Positions 1-11,460 of a stretch of 33,095 bases of DNA are shown one piece after another. The stretch comes from Octopus bimaculoides (Eukaryota). Within the stretch, counting starts at the first letter, position 1. Every line of letters begins with the position of its first letter. The position numbers and the translations under genes were made by a program. Under the pieces are notes generated by a model. That model was given only the letters and a program-made list of their open reading frames with translations. It ran no database searches and was not told the origin of the DNA. The DNA lies in the NCBI RefSeq assembly GCF_001194135.2, contig NC_068987.1, forward strand, positions 50,558,907-50,592,001, read 5' to 3'.

Positions 1-242
1 GCGCATTGATGCCGTCGAGAGGTAGGCCCCGAAACGGCGCGCATTCTCTCCTGATGACCCCATACACTTGCTGGCTTCCGGTATGCGGAGTTCTCGACTG
101 GTAGCACTTGCATGTGTGAGTTGTTTCCAAGACATCACGTGCAGCTTCCTTTTTTCTCCCTTCTTTTTCTCTTCTCTTTTCTTTTTATTATAAACAATAG
201 ATTAGCATATAAAAAAATGAACCTACATGCGTCCAGATGTTG

Positions 243-770
243 CTAAATAATATATTGATTATCAACCTCCAGCCTGTTGTTAATTTGGGGTCCTAGTCTG
301 TGTATGAGTATAGCTTCCTTAATTCTTAAATTACCCAAATTTCTTTCATTGGCTTCAATTGTGACTGTTATGCTATTTTCAGTGTTCCGGCATCTGTCTA
401 GATGTTTTCTTAAGGAGGAGACTCTCGTGTTCAGATGTTCTTTGATGCGGACATGTAACGGTCTTGTTGTGCTACAGACATAGAACTTGTTGCATTTGTT
501 ACATTGTATTCTATACACAACATTTACCCGTTGGCATAAATCTGTGTCATGGATGGGACAATTTGTTAGTGTGCATTGATTGTTGTCCCTTATTCGTTTC
601 TTTGCGAGGTGTCCTCTCAGAGAAGGGCCGGAGTGGGCTAGTTGTATGTCTAGCCCTTCTCTTCTTATGGCTCTTCGGATGGCTGTAATAATACTCTCGC
701 TAAAATGGGGTATTTTAAGGAAGCATATGTTGCTGGGTTTTCTATGTGTTCGGCGTGTTGGTCGTCTTGG
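243..770 (-). mobile_element. Penelope-like element (PLE) 3' fragment: Cys-rich linker plus GIY-YIG endonuclease, RT missing
   Basis: Stop-free frame 770->243 (175 aa), longer than the listed ORF. It reads FLKIPHFSESIITAIRRAIRREGLDIQL (PLE post-RT linker), CTLTNCPIHDTDLC (Cys/His linker), then NVVYRIQCNKCNKFYVCSTTRPLHVRIKEH...HLDRC...LRIKEAILIHRLGPQINNR, the PLE GIY-YIG pattern VY-x-I-x-C-xx-C...YVG-x-T-x-R-x-L-xx-R-xx-EH. Confidence 0.88.
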
Positions 771-1552
771 TTACTTAATAATACTAATAATAATCGTTTC
801 AGAGCCCTTTCGTAGTTGCTCAACTTGCTAAAAATAGTAACCAAATACTACTCAAATAAATGCTTAATCATCTTAAAGGAATTTTAAGAATATTACATAA
901 TGTAGTCCTAAATACCTGATGTCAGTAAAAATAATTTAAAAAAGAAGACAAGTTGGTCCCGACTGGAATACGTTTTATCATCCATAGATGTGCTAAATAG
1001 GTCAATTTGTGATTAAATAACAACAAAAACAAGACGAATGAAAATAAATACACAATTAGATTTACGCCAAAATTAATGACTTCTAATTACATATTAATGA
1101 AGATCGTCAATTACTCGGCTAAATTCAATGTTTTGGGTCAAAGAGAAAAAATAGCTATTTTGTTTTAATTGGCAACATTTTATGGCACGTTAACTTTGTG
1201 CGTCAATTCCACCTTCCCAAGATATTCCCTCAACGACCTTTCAGGATGAAATGGGCGAAGAAGATATAAACTTTTTAGGAATTTTATGAATTCATGTAAA
1301 TGTTATTGTGAAATAGTTAGAATCTGAGGAAACTAGCGATGTTTTGCTGTGGTAATAACTATCACAAATTGTCCAAACATTGGAATGAATTTATGTCAAA
1401 GAAGAAAATTAACATTTTGGACAGAAATCCCTTTTCAGACTGTAAAGAAATTTCAACCGGTATTGAAAGATATAATTAATTCAGATATTAATCTTGATAA
1501 TTAAATTTAGATATTAGACCACGGTAATATATGTTTCTGTATCTCACATATC

Positions 1553-2290
1553 GTTGTTGTTTAATCACGGTACAACCTTGATCAAGCAGCTACATGATCA
1601 AAACCATTCCAGCCGTAACAATAACGTCTTTTTTTTTTCTCTTAGACATCGTACGTCTAGGACTAAAATATCCAATGTTACTTTCTCTTTGTTGTTGTTT
1701 AACCCCACATCTTCACTGATCGAGTAGACCTATGAACAAAGTATTCGAGCCATGGTTATCTTTTTTGTCAAAAATACAGTACCTCGGATAACATTTTTCA
1801 ATGTGTCAACTTTTCTTAAACAATAGACTGTGACCAGAGGTAGAGTTGGCTGCTTTTTATGCAGACCAAGATGTCCATTTTTATGTCACATTTAGTATTC
1901 TGTCCTGGCTCATTCTGGGTTCGTGCTCTACCCATTTGTGCCACCAGTGTTTTATTTCCGTGATCACACTATCACAGCAAGTTTTGTGGCGCCTCTCCTC
2001 GTTTGATATCTTGTTAGGTCAAAAGATACTATTGCTCTTATTCAGGTCTTCTCTATCCTTTGTTATCGTTCTGAACCATACACAAAACAAATTTGACATT
2101 GTTGTTATGGAATCCAGTCTTAATCATAAGACTGTTTTACCTGATCTTTCAGATCAACTGAAGCCTTGCTACTGCGCTGAAAGCATCTTAGATGCCATGT
2201 TTTGCCCTATGAACGTCTCTGTAAGGCATTCTAGACATGTAATGCCCGATATGTCGTCTACCAGCTCACTGCTATTCTAATAACAGACAG
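1553..2290 (-). mobile_element. RTE-clade LINE 3' fragment (end of ORF2 plus 3' UTR with (CAA)n-like tails)
   Basis: Minus-strand translation with stops: LRLDSITTMSNLFCVWFRTIT...NKISNEERRHKTCCDSVITEIKHWWHKWVEHEPRMSQDRILNV, matching the RTE C-terminal ISNEE...I..RRL.WLGHV.RM..DRIP pattern. Two units end in TTAAACAACAAC. Confidence 0.75.
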
Positions 2291-2789
2291 TTATTGCTCT
2301 TTAAATGCTTTAAAGTATTTTAAGAAGGCAACAAAGACAACAAGAGCTTATTCGTATCTTATCCCTAATACTGCCTTGCATCTACTTTACGCTCAACAGT
2401 AGAGTTCCGCTAAACGTAAGTAGGTACTGCAGAGCCATATAGTTCAACCCTGTATATAGTAGCTGCATCGTAAACATCAAGTGATTCGCTAGCCTATACA
2501 ATTATGTTCAGTTATTTCCGTAGGAGGTAAAGATTTATTTGTTCTAGATTGATATTTCATCCAGAATAACATTTATCTTTCATATTCATAACGCAATGAA
2601 ATGTTTTTTCTCTTCTTTCGCAAAGGCATTAGCGGCATTGAAAAGTAAAGCAGTTTCATCCGAAAAGTAAAGTAGTTTGCACCGTTTATGAATTGTCGTA
2701 AAGAAGACAAATAGTAGTAGTAGTAATTTTATTGTAGTGATAAGGGTAAAATGAATGGATTAGTTGTGAGAGGAATATATATGCGTATA

Positions 2790-3070
2790 TTCATACACAT
2801 ACACAGACACGCACACTCACACAAACACAAACACACACACACACCACACTCACACAGACACACATACAAACGCACGCACACAAACACACACAGAGTCACA
2901 AATGTTTTATACAATGTAGACATAGATTTTTAACAAGTATATGTATGTATATATGTATACATATTTAGGGACACACGTGTATATATACACACATATACGA
3001 ATATGTATGTATGTAGCTCTGTCTGTCTGTTGTTTGTCTGCCTGTCTGTCTGTCTGTCTCTCTCTATATA
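2790..3070. repeat. Compound microsatellite (CA)n, (TA/TG)n, (GTCT)n
   Basis: Directly visible simple repeats. Confidence 0.9.
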
Positions 3071-3075
3071 TACTA

Positions 3076-3435
3076 CAGCACTCTGTCGGTTACGACGATG
3101 AGGGTTCTGGTTGATCCAATCAACGGAACAGCCAGCTCGTGAAATTAACGTGCAAGTGGCTGAGAACTCCACAGACACGTGTACACTTAACGTACTTCTC
3201 GGGAAGATTCAACGTGACACAGAGTGTGACAAGAGTGTGGCCCTTTGAAATACAGGTACAAGAGAAACAGGAAGAAAAAGTGAGAGAAAATTGTGGTGAA
3301 AGAGTTCGCCTCCGGAGCCTCGTGGAACTTTAAGTGTTTTCGCTCAATAGACACCCACAACGCCCGGTCTTGGAATCGAAAATGCGATCCTATGACAGCG
3401 TGTCCGCTGCCCTAACTACTGGGCCATTGCGCCTC
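3076..3435 (-). mobile_element. tRNA-derived SINE, family D (local label)
   Basis: The reverse complement begins GAGGCGCAATGGCCCAGTAGTTAGGGCAGCGGAC...TTTTCGATTCCAAGACC (A box TGGCCCAGTAGTTAGG, degenerate B box), followed by a ~250-bp non-tRNA body. Confidence 0.75.
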
Positions 3436-3457
3436 TCTCTCTCTCTCTCTCTCTCTC

Positions 3458-4118
3458 NNNNNNNNNNNNNNNNNNNNNNNNNNNNNNNNNNNNNNNNNNN
3501 NNNNNNNNNNNNNNNNNNNNNNNNNNNNNNNNNNNNNNNNNNNNNNNNNNNNNNNNNNNNNNNNNNNNNNNNNNNNNNNNNNNNNNNNNNNNNNNNNNNN
3601 NNNNNNNNNNNNNNNNNNNNNNNNNNNNNNNNNNNNNNNNNNNNNNNNNNNNNNNNNNNNNNNNNNNNNNNNNNNNNNNNNNNNNNNNNNNNNNNNNNNN
3701 NNNNNNNNNNNNNNNNNNNNNNNNNNNNNNNNNNNNNNNNNNNNNNNNNNNNNNNNNNNNNNNNNNNNNNNNNNNNNNNNNNNNNNNNNNNNNNNNNNNN
3801 NNNNNNNNNNNNNNNNNNNNNNNNNNNNNNNNNNNNNNNNNNNNNNNNNNNNNNNNNNNNNNNNNNNNNNNNNNNNNNNNNNNNNNNNNNNNNNNNNNNN
3901 NNNNNNNNNNNNNNNNNNNNNNNNNNNNNNNNNNNNNNNNNNNNNNNNNNNNNNNNNNNNNNNNNNNNNNNNNNNNNNNNNNNNNNNNNNNNNNNNNNNN
4001 NNNNNNNNNNNNNNNNNNNNNNNNNNNNNNNNNNNNNNNNNNNNNNNNNNNNNNNNNNNNNNNNNNNNNNNNNNNNNNNNNNNNNNNNNNNNNNNNNNNN
4101 NNNNNNNNNNNNNNNNNN
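3458..4118. other. Assembly gap (661 N)
   Basis: Run of N directly after (CT)n. Other gaps: 7122-7214, 14223-14709, 15623-16100, 17468-17477, 21111-21120, 25649-25660, 26762-26771, 30709-31691. Confidence 1.
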
Positions 4119-4120
4119 TC

Positions 4121-4390
4121 ACATGTATATGTTGAACAGAATACTCCGAACCATTCGTTGCAACATACGTTTTTTAAAGTTTGATTAAATATAAAATAAA
4201 TTGTATATTTATAAAATATACTGCCACACACAGGTTTCAAAAGTTTGGGAATTCTCTTTGATTCTTACCATCATGAGCCTCATTATTATTTATTATCCTT
4301 TTCCATGCTGACATAGGGACAATTGAATAGTCATAATTCTTTCTCACTCCTCACCCCATAAATATATATTTATACGTGCATACATACATA
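4121..4390 (+). repeat. Copy 1 of a ~270-bp direct duplication (copy 2 at 12891-13160)
   Basis: Manual alignment at offset 8768: core 4209-4348 vs 12977-13116 has 1 mismatch in 140 bp. The 5' flank is about 86% identical. Confidence 0.95.
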
Positions 4391-4470
4391 CATACATACA
4401 TACATACATACATACATACATACATACATACATACACAGACATAGACATACATAGATACATACATGCATA
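4377..4470. repeat. (CATA)n microsatellite
   Basis: Directly visible. Confidence 0.95.
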
Positions 4471-4471
4471 T

Positions 4472-5879
4472 GCACGAGATGAAAAAGAACTGTGACCTGG
4501 TTACAACATTCTCAAAGGATATACGATTGTCAGGATAAATGTTGCTATATGGTTGTGGAAAGAGGAAAAACTGTAAACTAGACTAGCAACATCTCCATGA
4601 ATGACTTGACTTTTTCCCCTATATCTGATGAATGTTACAGATATCTAGGGGTGGATGAAAACATATCTTATAACGGTACCCGTAACACAACACGTGTCAC
4701 TTTATGTATATTACAACCGAATAAAGAAAATATGCACCTCAGAACTCCCTGCATTCAATGAAAGAGTGACCCACAATGTGTTTTGCAGTGGCAGTACTCA
4801 TACTAACATTTGGGCTGCTTGATTGGACGCTTGATGAGATCCGAGCCATTGATGTGAAAACCCGGAAGATATTAACAAGCAAACATAATTTTCACATCAA
4901 CAGTGATATCTACCTAAGACGAAAACAAGGGAGCAGAGGCTTAACATCGACCAGATTATCTTTAAATGTCGTATCATATCCCTTCGGCAACATCTTTTAA
5001 ACACAAAGTGTTGAAGTGCATTCCTTGACTAAGTTTGCATACATGAGGCTGATATCATCATAAGACTTGGAAAGCAGCTCCTTGTGCGGCATTCTTTGTC
5101 TGATAACCTTAAATACACGACTCTACTGCAACGTCTCATCAGATGAAAGGAAAGATGATCGTATATCATCAGAAAACCATGCATGCATATGTCAGTAAAA
5201 GTGCCAGATGATAGTTACATTGATCATCAAAGCAGTCTAACATGGACCAATAACCAGATTACTAAAAAGGAGTACTGGTGGAATATCCCAGTGAAAACCT
5301 CAATAAAATGTAAACATAACAGATATGACATAATATTTTGAGATAAAGAAGAGAAACCGTACCGTTGTGGGAATCAGCTGTCTAGCGGATGTTAACATAA
5401 AGCTATAGATCATCGAAATAGAAAATACCTACGTGGAACTATTGAGGAATCTATAGTTACTCTATCCAGATTACAAGTTCAGGTTTATAGCTGTAATTAT
5501 TGGGACACTGGGATATGTAACACACTGCCTAAATACCAATATTGAGAAATTAGGCTTCTCAAAACCAGAAAGGAGAAAACTGATTCGAAAACTACAAAAC
5601 CAAGTCATCACTGGAACTGTAAAAATCTGTAAAACTTTTCAGAAGTTTATTACTTATGTATATATGAGCATGTCTAAACATGCAACTATATGAAACTATA
5701 TGCATGAGAATAAAACAAAACATACAAATCTGCACATATATATATATATATATATACATACAAAAATAGCCTGTTGAAGTTGTTGAAATTCCAATGAAGA
5801 AGTCTTGGATCTTGGTGAGAGACCGGCTCATACTCTATTGGCAAGAAATCTTGAAATAAAACTGAATAATGACATACAT
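4472..5879 (+). mobile_element. R4/Dong-clade LINE, 5'-truncated and degenerate (RT end, RLE endonuclease, 3' UTR)
   Basis: Translated pieces: YRYLGVDENISY; LDWTLDEIRAIDVKTRKILTSKHNFHINSDIYLRRKQGSRGL; EYWWNIPVKTSIKCKHNRYDII; FIAVIIGTLGYV...GTVKICKTF. These match Dong/R4 RT-end and restriction-like endonuclease motifs. The putative 3' end is AATAATGACATACAT. Confidence 0.85.
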
Positions 5880-5884
5880 TAGTA

Positions 5885-7121
5885 CACAGACAAGACAGAA
5901 GTAAATAGACAATTCATAAAACATCGTTTTATGTTTATTCTAACTTGTAAAGGTTTATATTTGTTATTAATTGACATTTTTATGTTTCAGGTTGTATATG
6001 TGATTGTTTAATCATGCCATGTACAAAAGAAGCCTTGGAACTGTCCGAATTTTATAGAGGCAGCATTGTGGGTCATTCTGAAGGTGGACATAGCGTAAAA
6101 TCGTAGAAAACTTTGGGATCCTGCTTTCTTCAGTTAATAAAGTGATTGTCCAATTCCCCAGAGAGGGGAAGGAGCCTACGTCACCTCGCTCAGATCAGCC
6201 AGGGCTCTCTGACAGGACCCTTCTCTTTGATAAGGGAAGTATGGAGGATAATCCTCATTGCAAGGCCTCTGACATAGCAGAACAAGTTAAAGTCAGTCCC
6301 ACAACAGCTGTCAGGTATCTCCACAAACTTAGTTACAATGGCAGAGCAGCAAGAAGGAAGCCACTTCTTCGACCAGTCAACATCAAGCGGAGAAAAGATT
6401 GGGCCAGTGAGATGGTGGAGAAGTTAGTAGCATTTTGGGACACTGTCACATTCTCTGATAAGTTCAGATTTGCTGTATTTCTTGACAGTGGTTGAGTGTG
6501 GGTCTGGAAACTGTGATCAAGAATTTGATGTGAAAAGATTGCAGCTAACAATGAAACATGGCAGCTGTTCTGTTATGGTTTGGGGAGCAATTTGGAGCAA
6601 TTAGAGATGGTGGAGTTTGATGTAAACATAAACTCCGATAATTATGTGTCCATATTGCAGGAAGGACTCTTTCCAATCTTCTCCAGTGGTGAAATGATTA
6701 AAGAAGACTTTTTATTTATGGAAGATGGGACTCCTTGTCACATGGCTAAAATGACCCAAGATTTGTTGGATGAATATGGTATTAAAAACTTCCATGGCCA
6801 AGCCAGTCACCAGATAAGGACCCTATTGAATACCTCTAGGACATAATGGACAGGACACTTCATAAAAAGAACAAGAAAGCATCCTCAAAGCCAGATCATT
6901 TGAGATTACTGCATAAAACTTGGCAACAAATTCCGCGAGAGAATATTCATAATCTGATCTGTAACATGCCTAAAAGGGTCCTTATATTGAAAAATACAAA
7001 GGTCATGTCTACTAGATATTGAATATTTACATTATAACAATTAATAAATAATTTGAATGTATAATTTCTGATTTAAAGAAATTCTAATGATTATAGGGGT
7101 GTCTATTTACTTCTGTCATGT
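5885..7121 (+). mobile_element. Tc1/mariner DNA transposon (DD34E type), degenerate, with TIRs
   Basis: TIR match of 21/22 between 5890-5911 (ACAAGACAGAAGTAAATAGACA) and 7100-7121; the right end runs into a gap. Transposase 6014-7015 carries stops and frameshifts: ELSEFYRGSIVG, ARRKPLL, TFSDKFRF, VMVWGAI, MEDGTPCH, WPSQSPDKDPIE. D-to-E spacing is 34 if one base is restored in an A-run near 6785. Confidence 0.93.
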
Positions 7122-7370
7122 NNNNNNNNNNNNNNNNNNNNNNNNNNNNNNNNNNNNNNNNNNNNNNNNNNNNNNNNNNNNNNNNNNNNNNNNNNNNNNN
7201 NNNNNNNNNNNNNNATATATATATATATATAAAAGAAAGAGAGAAGTCAATAAAATAAATGATTATCTAATGAACTTCATTAGCTTACAGCTGTTTATGT
7301 TCATAGTTGAGTGCCTAAATAACACCTTGCATTCCATCCATTCACGGAGACATTTACTAGCAACGTAAAA

Positions 7371-7565
7371 GGTGGTTGGAGTGTCAGAATCGTTAGAACC
7401 TCGGATGAAGTAAACAAAATAACTTGTATTTTCTCCGATATTTTACGTACTGAGTTCAGATCATACCGTGATAAACTCTACTTTTCATTTCTCTGGGGTC
7501 GGTAAAATAAGGTATTGGTAAAGTGATTGGGGCGATTTAATCGACTTTTCCCTACTCCTGAAATT
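7371..7565 (+). mobile_element. tRNA-derived SINE family A, old diverged copy
   Basis: Aligns by eye to 16293-16510 (CAGAATCGTTAG...CTGAGTTCA...TTTCAT...GGGGTCG.TAAA.TAAG..GATTTAATCGACT). Confidence 0.65.
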
Positions 7566-8035
7566 TCTGACCTCGTGCTCTGATGTTATGCATTGTCGAA
7601 AGCGATGTGTTTTTTCACACACATATTGAGAATATCTCTCCCGAGACAGTTTTCGTAGCGAAGATCTTTCTAAGCTTGAATGCATTGGAACATATTAAAT
7701 ATAATAGTACACAGTTTTATTTTAGTCATCGATACTTAATTAGCCGTAGGTAAATTAGTTGGTAAATTAGTTCCCGTTTGATCAAACATATCATGAATCA
7801 ACAATTTTACTATATGTTGTTCTAATTTAAAAATATAAGAAAGTGAGTTATGGATAACGGATTCGGTGTTTGTAGCAGATAAAATACAAGTTCAACAGTT
7901 CAGTTGTTTTTACATATATTGCACATTGTCTATAAACAAAAATTTCTCTCCCAATACATTTTTCCCAACAAAGGTATTTCCATGTCTGGGTGTGAAGAGA
8001 GGTGTTATTATAAATGCACACAGGTCTATTTTAAT

Positions 8036-8252
8036 TATTGGTTTCAGATTTTGGCACAAGGTCAGCAATTCCGGGGGGAGGGAGTAATTCGATTACATCG
8101 ATCCCAATGTTCAACTGGTACTTATTTTAGCGACCCCGAAAAGGTGAAAGGCAAAGTCGAGCTCGGCGTAATTTGAACTCAGAACGTGAAGACGGACGAA
8201 ATGTTGCTAGGCATCTTGCCCGGCGTGCTAACGATTCTACCAGTTAGTCGCC
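8036..8252 (-). mobile_element. tRNA-derived SINE family A
   Basis: The reverse complement matches 16293-16510 along its length (A box TGGTAGAATCGTTAG, B box GAGTTCAAATTAC). Confidence 0.85.
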
Positions 8253-8489
8253 TTAGAAACCAAAACCAGGTGCTGGAATCATGCAAATTTATTCTTGACT
8301 CTAAGGTATTCGCCACCATCAAAAAGAAAATATTGATTGTATTTTCACATAGAAACAAATCAATTTTGTGTTGGTGTAGTTGATGGACTCTTTTGTCGTG
8401 TTCGACAGATAAGGTCTCCGCAATTTGTAACTGCATAACCTCCATAGATGATTAATTTTTAGTGATCAAATATTTATGTTATGCATCAG

Positions 8490-8670
8490 CTCCCTCCTGC
8501 CCTTAAATCGACATTGCCTCTATAGGTACACGGTATCCCACACGTCAGATTACGGAGTGATTGCAGAGCAATATGCAATGAAGTGTCTTGTTCAAGAACA
8601 CAACGCACTGTTCGCCCAGGAATTGAAATCAGGATTTTATGATCGTGAGTGCAACCCCCAGACCACTAGA
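8490..8670 (-). mobile_element. tRNA-derived SINE family B, 5' part (CORE-like domain)
   Basis: Shares ATGAAGTGTCTTGTTCAAGAACA...GATCGT with 17019-17121. The reverse complement TGTTCTTGAACAAGACACTTCAT resembles the CORE domain. Confidence 0.6.
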
Positions 8671-9160
8671 TCATTCGAGGAAATATATGGCGCAAAGGCG
8701 CAATGTTTCGTCGTTTTTGTTTTTATACGTTAGTTTAAGGAAGTTTTTCCTGCTATTTGTAGCAAGTTGGGAGACTACTTAAAGTCTTCATCTTCATTGT
8801 GTCTAGTTGGCATAATTACTAGTGTATAACTATCGAGCCTGCAACGAAAAATCAAGTTGATGCCGATTTGATTTTAACTTAAAATCGAGAAAGACAGACT
8901 ACGTACGTGTTATAGATTTAATTTGGTGTTCCGTTATTTCTACCGACTCAACACTAACGCCATTAAGGAGCTTATTAATATCTTTGGTATTTCCACATTT
9001 TGTTGCTTTGGTAACAAATTCTTGTAACTTCGGAATCTATAAGAGCTAAGAGATTTGACGGTGAATGTTATATATATATGTATGTATGTTTATATATAAG
9101 CACACACATATGTATATGTATATGTGTGTGGATGTATATATCTATACGTGTGTATGTATA

Positions 9161-9554
9161 CTCTTTTACTCTTTTACTTGTTTCAGTCATTTGACTGCGG
9201 CCATGCTGGAGTACCGCCTTTAGTCGACCCCAGGACTTATTCTTTGTACGCCTAGTACTTATTCTATCGGTCTCTTTTGCCGAACCGCTAATTTACGGGG
9301 ACGTAAACACACCACCATCGGTTGTCAAGCGATGTTGGAGGGACAAACACAGACACACAAACATACACACACACACACACACATACATATGTACGACGGG
9401 CTTTTAATTTCCGTCTACCAAATCCGCTCACAAGGCTTTGGTCAGCCCGAGGCTATAGTAGAAGACACTTGCCCAAAGTGCCACGTAGTGGGACTGGACC
9501 CGGAACTATATTATTGGCAAGCAAGCTACCAACCAGACAGCCACCCCTGCGCCT
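9161..9554 (-). mobile_element. tRNA-derived SINE family C, full length, with internal (TG)n and (GTAAAAGA)n tail
   Basis: The reverse complement starts AGGCGCAGGGGTGGCTGTCTGGTTGG...GGGTCCAGTCCCAC, then GGCACTTTGGGCAAGTGTCTTCTAC (CORE-like), an internal microsatellite, and the tail GTAAAAGAGTAAAAGAG. Several homologous copies occur in the window. Confidence 0.88.
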
Positions 9555-9557
9555 ATA

Positions 9558-9558
9558 A

Positions 9559-9620
<62 letters not shown>
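9558..9620. repeat. (TA)n microsatellite
   Basis: Directly visible. Confidence 0.95.
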
Positions 9621-9624
<4 letters not shown>

Positions 9625-9764
9625 TGATATGAAAGATGATTACTGTTAGTTGAACAGCAGTACTATGAAGTAGTAGAAATAATGATGGATCCTGTGTTAG
9701 ATTAACGATGAGCATTCAGTCGTTCAACCACCAGAATTACATATTCGTTAAATCCAGTGAGCTT

Positions 9765-9865
9765 CCATAGAGTTTTCTTCTACTCAATCTCATTTACAAA
9801 TCTTTGGTTGCTACGAGGTTTTGATAAGAAATAATTGCTTAAGATACCGCGTCATGAGATGATGG
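9765..9865 (-). mobile_element. Highly diverged SINE family C fragment
   Basis: AGAGTTTTCTTCTACTCAATCTCATTTACAAATCTTTGGTTGCTACGAGG aligns loosely to 9408-9480. Confidence 0.4.
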
Positions 9866-9919
9866 AAAAGTGTACTTTATATCATAGAATCGGCCATGTC
9901 TGCAGTCATAATTAATATT

Positions 9920-10060
9920 AGAGTAACGGACAAAATGTATGGCTTTACAATTTAGTTGTGTGCCTTCACAACTTAAATTTAAATCTAGTCGGACTAGACT
10001 TTTGCAATTTTCATTTATCCGGCATCAGTTAAACAGTAATTATAGACAATTCAATAAACT
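9920..10060 (+). mobile_element. Highly diverged SINE family A fragment
   Basis: CGGACAAAATG...AATTTAAATCTAGTCGGACTAGACTTTTGC..TTTCATTTATCCGG loosely follows the order of family A motifs. Confidence 0.35.
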
Positions 10061-10924
10061 GGACCCCTTTACTATAGGCTGTGACCTTGTATTAATATAT
10101 TATCAGTTGGACACATCTGTTTGCTTAAGTGCGCTATTGGTGATATACAGTCATAGTTAGAGCAGCGGCAGGTATCGATGTAATTTACCGCTTTAACGCG
10201 TATATTTTCATAATAATGATGAATTTAGTAAAATAACTTTGCTATTATTAAACTGGTGTCACGAACATAAATTAGCATAAAAGTGTGATGGAAAATTAAA
10301 AAAAAAGAAAGTTTATATCATAGAATCATGGTCGGTCACGGACAGTTTGGTGTCAAAATAGTGAAGAAGCAGCAATGCTATGGAATCGACAAGTGTTTTC
10401 CTTAGCAAGTATTCAATGCAAACTCAAATCTGGTCCCGCTACGATTGTTTTCCCTGCAGATATTGGATCTGGTCATCAGCTTAATCGATCTCATGAATCA
10501 GGGGATGATATGCAACTGTCATGAGCAGTGCCTCTCTGTTACCGACTAACATATAAAAAAGAAGAAACTTGAAATGCTGAGTTCGAGTCCATCTGCAGTA
10601 ATAGTTTTGTCCTTGACATTGAAGTAAACAACTCATGACGAGCAGTAACCGAATGCTTTTGGTGTTATATCATCAGAATAGTTTCCTGGCTCAAACACCA
10701 TATAAATGACAGGTAAAGTGTTACCTATCATACGACGGGTAAATTTGAAAGTATACTTTTGCCATTATAGGTAATATCAACAAATATGGCATACATACGT
10801 TAATTATAATTTAACAATAAATATAATTTCTTGGTGCTTACACAAAATGATGAAATGAATGCTAATTTTCAAAAGAAAAATATTTATTACGTAAAAATGA
10901 AATTAAATAGAGTGGATAATTATC

Positions 10925-11040
10925 AAACAGAAATTTGAGAAATATCAGGACCTAGCGAGACAGATGAGCATAAAGGTAAAAATTGTTGCTATGGTAATTG
11001 GTGCATTCAGTGCAACATCTAGAATGCTTATAACCAAGTA
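10925..11040 (+). mobile_element. Short R4/Dong RLE C-terminal fragment
   Basis: Translates as KQKFEKYQDLARQMSIKVKIVAMVIGAFSAT (EK.EKY.DL...V..VVIGALG motif). Confidence 0.65.
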
Positions 11041-11089
11041 TCACACGCCCGTCCTGGTCCGCCAAATGGTAAATTGTGGCTTCGATGTC

Positions 11090-11460
11090 ACGTTGTGCTG
11101 CCTCCATTTGAGCTCATCGAACGATAGAACGCCTCATTACCGGTTGTTGACGAAAACTGTCAGCAACTGCCACTTGATTAGCTCGCTAATAAGTTTTTGG
11201 GTTGTGTTCAACTTCCAGTAACCGGACGCGAGTCTTTGTATCCCAAGTTTTTTTGTGCACATTACTAATTTGTGGTCTATGTAGCTGGCCACTTTAAATT
11301 GTGAATACTCTACACTATCTCTAGCTGTTAGCTTAACAAACTCTCTGTCAATGTACGTTCTGAATGACCCACCGCTGGTGGCTCCGTGTTCACTGTGATA
11401 CATTCCAGTCGCTACCAGAAATCCTGCCGTTACCTGACAGGCAAAATCATCATCATGGCA
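11090..11460 (-). mobile_element. L1/Tx1-type LINE ORF2 fragment (end of APE endonuclease)
   Basis: Translates as SFRTYIDREFV...VASYIDHKLV...LASGYWKLNT...SELIKWQLLTVFVNNR. This gives a D-R motif, an SDH-like motif and the G-x-WKLN motif that follows APE in L1/Tx1. Confidence 0.65.

Noticed and set aside
1-110. Hammerhead-core-like words on the + strand next to the PLE 3' end (CCGTCGA...GAAAC at 12-35, CTGATGA at 51-57)
   Set aside because: No permutation gave a full fold: stem II is mismatched, there is no proper stem III/NUH site, and no GAAA follows the CTGATGA. The window edge also truncates the context.
1340-1480. 46-aa open frame MFCCGNNYHKLSKHW...
   Set aside because: Short, with no recognisable motif or splice support.
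2395-2421. Donor-like AAC|GTAAGT near 2415
   Set aside because: No convincing upstream exon, and isolated donor-like hexamers are common.
3334-4240. Long ORFs over N runs (also 13894-14763, 15474-16415, 30538-31770)
   Set aside because: They are made of X residues from assembly gaps.
10170-10320. Possible MITE-like repeat remnant
   Set aside because: Only a vague resemblance, with no TIRs or second copy in the window.
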